Below are positions 12,164 to 23,060 of a stretch of DNA of 64,000 bases, piece by piece. The notes under the pieces were generated by a model. That model searched no databases, had not been told where the DNA came from, and saw nothing but the letters and a program-made list of their open reading frames with translations. The DNA is from Kondoa subrosea (Eukaryota), in NCBI GenBank assembly GCA_039545335.1, contig BCIN01000005.1, positions 124,001 through 188,000 of the forward strand, read 5' to 3'. Position 1 is the first letter of the stretch, and each line of letters starts with the position of its first letter. Position numbers and translations under genes: made by a program.

Positions 12164-14485
12164 ATGGATTCTGCAGCCGAAGTGCCAATCATACAGGCTG
12201 GCAAGATAGGATCAACACGATGTTATTGGGCCTTGCTGGATTCCGAGCTTCACTTTCGATACATGGAACCAACCTTAAGCGCTCACCTAGGACAGGTAAG
12301 CAATCATACTTGAATCTGTTCTCGGAGAAATGCCAAAGGAGAGATAAGTATGCGCAATTAATTTGCGATGCTTCCTTTTGGGCGATCGATCATAGATCTC
12401 GCATTACATTTCCTCGATCACTCCGCTCCTCAGATCTTCCCTTTATTAGTCTAATGTCATGTACTCATTGCGTGTTTGCTTGTTTGTCACAGCAAGCAAT
12501 CCCTTTACTTGAAACCGGTTTGTACGATTGGATTCATCCAGAAGAACTCCCCGCTTTCAAAAGAGACTATCAAAACTTCCTTGAAGGTCGTACACTGTTC
12601 GGTACAGTGACTAGGTGAGTCATACTTACAGTATAGACGCGGTTTTGGATGAACATTGACGCGTTTTTGTGACGAGGATAGATGTCGTTATAGCAAAGCG
12701 AATTACCTCAAGAAACATTTGGGCTACGAGGATGAAGTTGAAGCTATACTGGATGATCAGTGGTCCTTGGATGATCAGGTAAGTGTTTATGTCGGCTTGA
12801 GCGATACTGGTGCTAAATTCCGCGAGAAAGTACATGCATCTTCGGATTGTCTCAAGCTGGATTGGCGAGAAGACCATCCTTTGTTTCTTTCATGCTGATA
12901 CGGGTGAGCAGCTCCTCGAACAGTGAGAAGATTGACTGACTTAATGGAACAGATATCTCGGAACTCGATGGGGATGAAACAGCAAACAGTCATTGGTCCA
13001 ATTGGTGTGGACCTAAAGTGCAAGACGCTACGCAATATTTCACAGCTCAAGATGCCGAAAATCTCGAAAATGTACTCAATGCTATAGAAGGCGACCAGAG
13101 TATAGCAAACCCTCGTTCTCGATATACCTTTCAGATGATTGCTTTCACTCAACCTTCTACAATTCTCTTCTCCTATCCACACCCACCTAAAATAGAAGGT
13201 GAACAAACAGCAGAAGATTATGCTAGATTAGCTCGTGATGTTTGGGAAAAGCCAAGGGAAGCTAACGAAGATGCAAAGACGAATTGCACAAGGAGATACA
13301 GGGGAAAACATCCAGTGTCGGTTATCAAGCTTACCTATTCAAAGGGGAAACTGACGCCTTTTTGGTAGAACGCGAGCCGGTGCTCTGACTACTGTAGATT
13401 CAGTTCTCTTCCGATGGGGTCCTTTCTGCTTCGTCTGCTTCCAGGTAGCTGGTGTACTTGGCAACCGAAGCACTCTACCGGAAGCTGAGTTGATGCCTTA
13501 TCCGACGGGCTATCTCGACTCTCGTCGAAACAGCAAAGTCAAGCCAGCTCCTTTGGCGTTTGCTCAACCAGAACAAGGAAATGGCACTCTTCATCCAAAC
13601 TACAATAGACGATGGCCTGAGCAAGAGCATTACGAGAATGTCATTTCACCTACTGTTGCCAATGGAGCAGCTATACTTGGCTCTTTCACCAACTATAGAC
13701 CGGCACCTTATCCTGTGCACGCCAATTACACGCCTTATCCTCCACCTCATCAGTCACAAGCCTCTACCAGTCAAATAGACCCCACACGAAATCACGAATA
13801 TCATTACACAACTGTCGATCCCCAATTACAACCTGAAATTTATCCACGGCCAGTCTACCCTCAAGCTAATGGGCACTATCATTCTCTCACTTATCCACCT
13901 TACAACCCTTATTCGTCAGCGCCATATCAGGAAATGCCTCATGCGCAAATGCCGCCGCCTCCTCTTCATCAACAACATCACTCTCCTTTAGAACCATCGC
14001 CAGGTCCAACGGAAGATTCACCTCAGTCTACTTCTAGTCAGCTTCTTATGCCTGTTTCAGCTACTACTTCAGCTTCTTCCGCGCCTTCTGCTGGGCTACA
14101 ACCACCGCCTAAGAGAAGAAGAGAAAGAAGGGATGATGGAATAGCTAGAACGTGCTCAAGCTGCGGGACTGGCAATTCACCTGAATGGAGGAAAGGTCCG
14201 AATGGGACTAAATCTCTTTGTAATGCTTGTGGTGAGTCTTCTTTTTCTCTTCTACTTCGTCTGTTTGCTAATATGATGTACGCAGGTCTGAGATTCGCTC
14301 GATCTCAAGCGAAGAAACCGAAAGTCGGAGGGTCTGATGCAGAAGGACCACCAAAGAAGAAACAAAAGAAAGCTGATGCTGCTGTATCTAGAGGCTCTGC
14401 AGTCCTGGAGCAGCCTCAAACCTTTGGCTATGAAAATGGGTCGTATCCTGGTTATCCTTTGTATGAGAATATGGTCGGGCAATGA
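12164..14485 (+). CDS. GATA zinc-finger transcription factor with N-terminal PAS-like region
   Basis: C-X2-C-X18-C-X2-C finger [35 protein letters not shown]-like [10 protein letters not shown]; Pro/Gln/His-rich linker; start [27 protein letters not shown]. Confidence 0.85.
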
Positions 14486-14649
14486 CGGTGTCAGCTGGTC
14501 TGATGGGTGTATAGGAATTGTAAATATGTGTAATATGATAACGATTGGCAGGAATGTGTGCAATCCTCCCGCCCTATGCTTGATTGTCGTTGTGAACTTC
14601 CTACCTGCAAAAAGAAAGCTTGTGCTAAACGCTGCAACTAAAGCTAAGC

Positions 14650-14654
14650 AAAAA
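14650..14654 (-). terminator. Pol III oligo-T terminator of tRNA-Leu
   Basis: TTTTT on the minus strand, one base after the discriminator A73. Confidence 0.75.
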
Positions 14655-14655
14655 T

Positions 14656-14797
14656 TGAAAAGAGGGGGATTCGAACCCCCGCCCGAAGACCGCCGGTTTA
14701 CTAAAGAAACCTTAAGACGGCGCCTTAGACCACTCTGAGGAGGAAATGAGTTCGTGGACATGCAAAATATGACAAGCAACTTACCGGCCATCTTTCC
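14656..14797 (-). tRNA. tRNA-Leu(AAG) interrupted by two introns: 50-nt GT-AG at position 13/14 and 14-nt canonical at 37/38
   Basis: Removing 14735-14784 and 14696-14709 gives GGAAAGA TG GCCG AGTGGTCTA AGGC G CCGTC TTAAGGC GGCGG TCTTCGGGC GGGGG TTCGAAT CCCCC TCTTTTC A. All stems form, the anticodon is AAG (14711-14713), the B box is intact and the discriminator is A. Confidence 0.93.
14735..14784 (-). other. Spliceosomal-type (GT-AG) intron inside the tRNA-Leu D-arm
   Basis: Sequence GTAAGTTGCTTGTCATATTTTGCATGTCCACGAACTCATTTCCTCCTCAG: consensus GTAAGT donor, CTCAT branch-like motif, pyrimidine tract and CAG acceptor. Its 50-nt length matches the mRNA introns in this window. Confidence 0.85.
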
Positions 14798-15128
14798 GTT
14801 TTACAACTGGTGGCGGGTGCTCTTTTGCGTGTCAGAAATGCAAATACAAAGTCTGTAGGACATTTGCCTTTTTTCTTGGCCGCGTAGTCAGTGCTGGATG
14901 CCTTAGTGCTCCGTAAGCCCTGGCAAAGACAATCGAGAATCTCGTTTCATCGTTTCACCGCGAGGACTACTGCGACGTATCGAATAGTCAGCTGTTTGCT
15001 TGAAACGGCTCGTCGTGTACGCAGAAGAGGCTCCTTAGTGTCTTTTCCATTGAGTTGGCCAGAAACTGCCCTCAAAACCATATGTCGTGCAACCTATGCC
15101 CTGGAATGCACCTTCAGGAATTTGCCCT

Positions 15129-16990
15129 TTACAATCTATAATGCCTGGTGTCCTTTTCTTCGTCTTGTCTTCTGCTTACTAGCTTCGCTGTGTCTTCTCC
15201 CCAAACCAAATCTGGGTCTTCATCTCCGACAAGGCATCGCTTTTCGTGCCTGTTCGTTTCTGCGTCAGATCAAGTAGAAAAGAGTACTCCCGAACACACT
15301 GATCTGCTTCATCTCTCTCAAAGAGGACGCAATTTGACCAAGTAAGAGGCAGATCCTTCTTCCATCGAGCCAGTGCAGGTTTAGTCGGTACTTTGTACTC
15401 GGGTGATACGATAGATCGACCCTACACTGGAAATCAGTCATGTGTGAAACATCATTTGTCTGCTTACTCGATGCAGTTCGTCGACCAGATACTCTATATC
15501 TTGCTCGCTCAAGGGTATTTTCCTACTCGAGATTAGACCACGTCTAATGATACGGCTCAGACTCACTGCGTTTGATGTAGTCTCATCTCCATTGCCGACA
15601 ATGCATTATATACCGATCTATAGACCTTCGGTCGATGTCTGGCTATCTCGTTCAGCTCGTATCGAGAGCTGTAGAGGGTCACTTACTTGATGGCTAATGG
15701 TTCCATCGTCAATCCCCCCAAATCACTAACGATATAAGCTGCTATCGCTTGCCCAAACATGCCTGCTTAATGAGCTAACATTGCACTTCTGTTCAGAAAG
15801 TTGATTTACCTGGCAATGGTCCCAGACAAGGCAAAATTCTGACTCTAAACTGGTCCAGAGCACTCAGTTCCTCGACTTTGCCTTTCTGAAACTCCTCTTC
15901 ATCCAGCGGAAGCAATCGAACATTCTCTGCCGTTCTTTCCGTAGAGTAAACGATCGGAATACCCGAAGCCACAGAACTCGATAGCTTTAATCGACGACGA
16001 ACGGCACGTGCCAAGGGGTCTTCAAAAGTATTCGATAAATCGCAAATTTGAATTCTCGAAGGATCGCATTTCGATGCTGCTCCCATCGCTGAAAAGACCT
16101 AGGAAGTGTCGTCAGTAGCAGAAAGTATTCGAAGCGAAGGAAAGCGCACTTTAAGGTTGTTCTGTTTGCAGTATTGTAATAGTTGAACCTAAAAAGTACC
16201 GATTAAGAAATGCGGCTATGATGTATACCAAGATACGAACTTTAGAGGCGATGTTGTCTATGCAGTCAATGACCCAATCCGGATCACCACTCAGTAATTC
16301 TGGCGCGTCATCAAGCGAAAAGAGTTCCGTTCGTGCGTCGACTTTGACCCAAGGAGCTACTGACTTGAAGAAGCGTTTCGAGCAGACGACTTTAGATGTT
16401 CCGACATCCGAAAGAGTAGCGTGGGCATGTCTCTACCATTCTCCTCAGCATAGTGCAGGGCCGAGACGAAAAGCGCTGACATTGAGTGATGATAAAGAGA
16501 CTTGATCAAAGTCTATCAATCTGATCCGTCCTATACCACTCCGACAAAGCATCGTAGCGCTGTGAGTAAAGCGAACCACCCAATCAGAACCAACCTGATA
16601 GGCGATAAGCCATGCTCACCATGCACTTCCAACTCCTCCGAGCCCAACGACTACCACAAACTTATTTCTCAAGTTCATGCATTGCTCGTCGCCCAGGAAA
16701 GCGATGTTTCTAGCCAAGAACTCTCTGATGAGGGTATCATCAAACACATCTTCCCCTTCGTTTTCTTCTTCGTCCAGATCGAAAGGCAATCCCAGCGAAT
16801 TCAGAGAATCGTCTTTTGATTGCGAGTAGCGAATATCGTCCCTCAATTGCTTGCGTTTCCGACCATGTCGATAGTCTTGAGCTGAGAAGACGAGAAAAGC
16901 GGTTATTGCTGATGAGAGAGCAGCGGTGAAGATTAATTTCTTGGATGGGATAGAAGCTAAAGAGAGCGAAGAGAAATAGGAAGAAGACAT
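15129..16990 (-). CDS. tRNA threonylcarbamoyladenosine dehydratase (Tcd1/Tcd2, ThiF/E1-like)
   Basis: N-terminal TM anchor; LIREFLARNIAFLG, VVVVGLGGVGS, RLIDFDQVSLSSLN|RHAHAT, DWVIDCIDNI, MGAASKCDPSRIQICDLSNTFEDPLARAVRRRL, IVYSTE, FRVRILPCLGPLP. Confidence 0.9.
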
Positions 16991-17314
16991 GTTACAGATC
17001 TCGAGCGAAGTCGAACGCGCAGGTAGACCAATCTGATCAGTCTGCTAGAGCGCAAGCAGGAAAGCAGAGATTCGATTTCAGGCCACAGCGATAGAGCGCG
17101 CTGAACACTTGAGATACAGGCAGATGAAGACAGAGAACGGGGAAGAACAATAAAATGCAAAAATTCAAAATGCTGCCCTTGTCTGCAGAGAACCATCTGC
17201 TACCTGTGTGAGTATATCACGGCGACACACATACCTACCTAGATCTAGAGACTTGGAGTATTCCCTAGACGCTGCTGGAAATATCCGCCTGCCTAGAGCC
17301 ACTTTTCGACAAAG

Positions 17315-19971
17315 ATGAATCGTGCGTTCAGCATATAAGACAGTCTTACGCATGATTTTGATTCCTTGTTGCACAGCCAATGCACAAGGCTGGCAACCTG
17401 GTCAATCATTCAGGCCGAATGTTCGTACGTAGACCTCACAATGCATTCATCTGTGCTTTGAGCTCATCTCGAATTCTAGCTGCCTTTCAACCTACCATAC
17501 TGAGACCAGGAGATCCACAAGGAGGTTATCCAGGCCAGCAACAACAGCCCTACTACGCTCAACAGCAACATCAAGCAGGCTATGGTCCACCTCAAGGTTA
17601 TGGCCAAGCTTACCCACAACAAGGCTACCCTTCACAACCTCAGCAACCTTACCGTGATCAGTTTCAACAATTTCAACAGTTCTCCAATCAAGGACCTCCG
17701 CCGCCTCAGATTTTGAATCGTAATCAAGAAGTGCCTCCAGCTTCGTGGGATGATGAAGCGCCTGCACAACCTCCACAACCTTCAGCCGCTAAGATCACAC
17801 TGCCACCCCCATCAGGAGAAGCTAAAGCTGTTTCATTGTCAATCGGAGGTTCTAAACCAGCAGCAGCTAAATCGCTTTCTATTGGAGGTGGATCAGCCGC
17901 ATCTAGCAACAAAGGAACTCCTCCAGGTACACCTAAACCAGCAGAAGCCAAAAAATTAGATACAACACCTTCCACTTCTACCTCTTCTTCTTCGACCAAA
18001 CCGGTTGCTGGAGAAGCTAAAACAGCAGAACAGAAAGCAGATGCACGAGCAGCTCGAAATCAAGCTCCATCTACTGCTGATGCCATCATGCAAGAAACGC
18101 AAGCTGCAGCTGATGAGGAAGCTTTGAATGATTTGTACGGTGCAGATGAAGTTTCGGATAAAATGCACGTCAACATTGTCTTTATTGGTCATGTTGATGC
18201 AGGCAAATCTACCATGGGTGGGAACTTGTTGTACCTGAGCGGGATGGTCGATAAGCGAACAATGGAGAAATACGAAAGGGAAGCAAAAGAAGCTGGAAGA
18301 GAAAGTTGGTATCTTTCTTGGGCTTTAGATTCCACGGCGCAAGAGCGAAACAAGGTGCGTAGATTGCTCATTGGGCCTTATATATAGCTGAAGCGAGCGA
18401 CCCTACGTACAGGGCATTACCGTTGAAGTTGGTCGAGCATACTTTGAAACACCTAAGCGAAGATACACCATCCTCGATGCTCCAGGTCACAAGAACTTTG
18501 TTCCTTCTATGATCAGTGGAGCAGCTCAAGCAGATGTCGCTGTTCTGGTAGGTTGCTCGGTTGTATCTAGATTCGATCAGATCTGATCGCATCCTGCAAA
18601 CGCACAGGTCATCTCAGCGCGAAAAGGGGAGTTCGAAACTGGGTTCGAGAAAGGTGGTCAGACTCGTGAACATGCTATGTTGGTCCGAACGGCTGGTGTT
18701 CAACGCTTGATTGTTGTTGTGAATAAGATGGACGATCCTACTGTCGAGTGGTCGCAGGAAAGGTTCGTTCATTGTTGTTAAGCATGTTCTGGATCTCAAA
18801 AGGTAGTCAACGAATAGATACAAGGAAATTGTGGACAAGATGACGCCTTTCATCCGCACAACTGGTTTCAGCAACAAGATGGTTACTTATATTCCTGTTT
18901 CCGCTTTCACTGGCGCAAATTTGAAAGAAGTAGTGTCCAAGGACATATGCTCGTGGCACAAGTGAGTCATGCATGCTTATGAACATAAACTTTGACTGAA
19001 ACCTCTCGTTCAGCGGCACTTCACTTCTTGGCCTGCTTGACGAACTACCAATGACCGATCGAGACGTCCATGCACCTGTAGCTATGCCTATCTCAGAGAA
19101 GTATAGGGATATGGGAACGATTGTAGTTGGCAAGATCGAGAGCGGCCGATTGCGCAAAGGATCAAGTTTGCTTCTCATGCCAAACAAGGTCAGTCGGAAG
19201 CATGCGCCCCTTAGTCTGGACTAATGTGAGTGCTATCTGATCAACAGAATCAAGTAGAAGTCACCGCGATCTACAACGAAATGGAGGAAGAAGTGCCTTC
19301 AGCTCTTGCCGGTGACAATATTCGAATTCGATTACGTGGTGTAGAAGAGGATGAGGTTCAAGTTGGTTTCGTGCTTACCGATGCTCGCAAACCTGTGCAC
19401 GCTGTCACTCAGTTCCAAGCTCAACTTGTCATTCTCGAACACAAGAATATCATTTGTGCTGGTTATGGAGCTGTTCTTCATGTGCATACTATGGCGGAGG
19501 AGATCACATTGACAGTGCGTCCAATATAGCTGTTGCTATACTCAGCTAATGATTGCTATTGATCGGACATACAGGCGCTGCTGCATTACTATGACAAGAA
19601 GACTGGACGAAAGTCGAAGAAACCACCTCAATTCGCTAAAAAGGGTCAGTCATATGTCTCGCCCGTTTCCCTCCTCTTGATTCATTGTGTTTTGATGCTC
19701 GTCTTGCAGGTCAGAAGATCATTGCGTTGATAGAAACCGCTGCACCGATTTGCATTGAGCGATTCGAAGATCGTCAAGCACTTGGTCGGTTCACATTGCG
19801 AGACGAAGGTAAATCTAACCACGCAAGGCCTTTACTTGTACTGATGTTGTCTGACAAGGCCGGACGATTGCTATCGGCAAGGTTACGAAACTCATCGAAT
19901 CCGGTTCTGAGGCTTCTGCTGATATGGCAAATTTGCGTCTCGAAGCATCCTCGGGGCAGAACGCAGTCTAG
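17315..19971 (+). CDS. SUP35: Translation termination factor eRF3 (Sup35)
   Basis: GTPase motifs [48 protein letters not shown]-terminal [22 protein letters not shown]-rich N domain. The start MNPNAQGWQP is inferred from splice sites. Confidence 0.96.
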
Positions 19972-20324
19972 ACTAGAAGTAAAGACAATGTACATGGGAA
20001 GATTAATGCACATATGATTGCATATTTACAACTACAGTTGAGCATGAAATACATGCTTCTAGGATCTAACCGAACGTCATCCTATTCTGATCTCTATTCT
20101 GATGAGACGGCCACTGGCCTGCTCTTATCGAAGCCAGACTCCCTCTCCAAGATACTTCGCTTCTTTGTGCAGAAATAGGAAGAAAGCCAAGGAGTAGGTA
20201 AACCAATTGAGCCAGTGGGAGTGGTGCACAGGCGTAGACTTAGCTAGAGTCTTCGGCGACTTTAGTCCAGAACTAGACGGAAATTCCTCCAAATGTTCGA
20301 TAGTCATCCGCTGTTGTGGCTTAT

Positions 20325-21610
20325 TCATACACTTGTTCTGCTGTAATCATCCCCTTGATAAGTTGAATCGACTTCTTCTGATTCATGTAGTGCATTCAAA
20401 GAAGGAAGATATTGTAAAGAAGCTGAACCACCGGAGCCATTTCGACTGCCAAGTTTCGGTCGGACGTCGTGTATCTCTGCTTCAATCTTCAAGCTGCTCA
20501 GATCATACGACTGATCTTTCTTTTCAGTGTAGCTGATCTCTGCTGGTGTTGGTGAAGAATCATCAGAGGTAACGACCATTTCGGTAGTCACTTGAATACT
20601 GTTTGGTAGTTTCGGCTGGAAGTTCTTAAATTGAGTAGAGATCCGTTTGCCGCGCTTCAAGCAGTGAAGAACTGAGAGTGTGTAGAGAGATGGCAGCCTG
20701 CACGGAAACCAATTAGCTGTAGCAGCCGTATACTAATTTGCTTCACTTACGGATAGACAAAACTCCAGAACATAGCAGCGTACAAATTCAATGGACCGTA
20801 AGTTGTAGCTATCTCCAGTACACTTGCTATAACTCCCATAGTTGAGGTTAAAGCTGCAGTTTCTAAGCTTAGTCTGACCAATTGACTCAATAGTCGATGG
20901 TTCCGCTGGCTTGTGTCTTTTCTTGACTTCCAGAAATGTCTAACCAACACAGCACTAATCGAAACATCTGTACCGGCACTTGCTGCAACAGATAGTTAGT
21001 AATGGTATTGCAAGATATCGCTGAAAGACGGACCAAGGAGCCAAATTTGGGACGATTTGATCAGGCCAACGTCTCTCAAAGTGCCAGTGATATAGCGGTA
21101 GCTGAAGATTGTAGTCGCTATCGCAGAGCCTAGGGACAACGCCATACATAGGGCGATGTAGATGAGAAAGAACTTGTTGCGATTCAACACCAGATAGGCT
21201 CGTTTAGCGAAGAAGACGTGCGCAGTAGAAGCGACCACGGCAATTGCGGTCGGCACCAAAGAATCTACATTCGTAAAGTCATAAATTGCGATGTATGTTC
21301 TGTCTTGCGTTGTGCCGTAATGAAAGAATTCCTGAAAATTGAGCCCAGTACAGACTGTGTTGCCAATAAGGAGGATGATGAGCAGGATCTTGAGGTCCGT
21401 AGCTGGGTTGTCTTTCAGCTTGGAGATGCCAACGCTCAAACAATAGCCAAATAGCATGAATTGAAGTGCCCATCCGACAAACCTGAGGATTGTCCGTGTT
21501 AAGCATTGTGCACTATTGGATTCATGATCAAAAATCGCTGACCATGGACCTAAGGCTTTATCCGCTATACTTTGAGGCATAACATCAAATGGATTGATTT
21601 CGTCCGCCAT
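20325..21610 (-). CDS. Multi-pass membrane protein (basidiomycete DUF6534-like family)
   Basis: LGPW/FVGWALQFMLFG opening, several TM helices, AHVFFAKRAY, LSQLVRLSLETAALT and LPSLYTLSVL. The family call comes from recalled patterns only. Confidence 0.65.
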
Positions 21611-22168
21611 TTCCAGATGACTGTAGTTGCTCAAGAGTAGATTAGTAAGATCAGGATTGCTAAGCGCAAATCATCGATATGGTTGGCATTCGGCATAATA
21701 CCCATATGTGATCGCCGCCCGCCCGCCGAAAACCCAAAAACCGTGGGACAAAATATGCAATTCCGGCATATCGATCTGATCCCAAGCTATGAAAGCAGTA
21801 CCAAGCAGGATGATACGCCGAAGAGAAGTGCAAAAGGAAAACAAGGGAAAGATTCAAAGCTAAGAAAGCTTAAACACAGTTCAGCTGGCGATCAGAGTCC
21901 GAGGCAAAGCGCGGTCTTGAAATAGTAGTTGTGCAATATAGCTTCATGCAGACATCGCAAGCTAGACAAGTAAGCTTCATATGATAGTGCGGCAGTAAAA
22001 AGACCAGCCAGTCAAATCGAGCCTTTCCCTCTTCCTGCAATCTTTCTAGCAATAGGCATGATTCAACAGTATCATACAGATCACAATTGTATTTGAACGG
22101 GGTCATATGGGGGCCACTGGATGGACAACACGGGATTACAATATTTCTTTGAGCTTTGTCATGACCCA

Positions 22169-22784
22169 ATGGCAAGCAATTCAGCAATTGAGCGGCTGAG
22201 AGCTAGAGATGAGGATCTAGAAGAGACACTGGCGCAAATCATGGACCTCAGTAGCGAGATCTTTCTCCCCGAAGCAGACTCGAAGCATGCGAGCAAATCC
22301 CTTTGGCTCGAGAATCTATCCCAAGGCTGCATCTATTACGCTCTTGATCCGCTCACTTCTTCCGTGTCCTCTTTTCTCTTCACTCATCCTAGAAAGTTTG
22401 ACCAACCACTCGTGTTAGGCGATGCGAGTGTTTCTGTTACTTAGTAGGCTTTTCGAAATCTCACCGAAGGATGCTGATCGCGAGTCCTCTCTCAGTCACA
22501 TCTGGCTTAGCGGCACTACCCCTGCCCTGCGAGGGAAAAATCTGATGTCGAGTCTATTCCACAAGCTGGAAGAAGATCTCCTTCAAAACTCTGCCGTGCC
22601 CACTGTTATTGTGAGTATCTCCAGTGCCTGTTATCACCCCAGCTAAAAGATGCAGTCTGTACGAACAATTCCTAAGAGATTCACTTCCATGGTTAGCTGG
22701 CTCGACAAGGAAGGCTTTCAGCAAGTGTCGGAAGATTCGCCAGGAAAGTATCTTTACATCAAGAAGATAGAACGAGTGAGCTAG
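22169..22784 (+). CDS. GNAT-family acetyltransferase
   Basis: Motif A-like HIWLSGTTPALRGKNLMSSLF; C-terminal SVRTIPKRFTSMVSWLDKEGF; 3 exons. Confidence 0.65.
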
Positions 22785-23060
22785 CCTCTCAACAGATGTT
22801 ACTACCTTCTGTCCTTTGAACACGCGGAACATTTCCTTACTGGCATATTTTTGTCAGAATCCTTCTTCTGGTTTGTGCTCTCACGAATGAAAAGTAACAA
22901 GAGCTGTACTTCTATCATGGCACGAGACTTCTTCTTCTCGCTTACTGTACTACTTTGTGTCTGTTTCAGTTAATTCCCTAGTTGTCTCTCTTTTCTAAAG
23001 ACTTCTCCTTCACCGTGTCCCCTATATCGTTCTCTTCAAGGTTCACTTGCAACAGCTACC

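Noticed and set aside
12164..14485. Naming the PAS/GATA gene white collar-2
   Set aside because: The X18 finger and PAS-like segment are compatible, but other basidiomycete GATA factors share this layout. Orthology cannot be settled without a phylogeny.
14252..14791. ORFs 14252-14791 (-) and 14337-14738 (+)
   Set aside because: They overlap the GATA gene end and the tRNA gene and have no protein-like features; treated as spurious.
20325..21610. STE3 pheromone receptor
   Set aside because: It is a multi-pass membrane protein, but it lacks STE3-like motifs and fits the common basidiomycete DUF6534-like pattern better.
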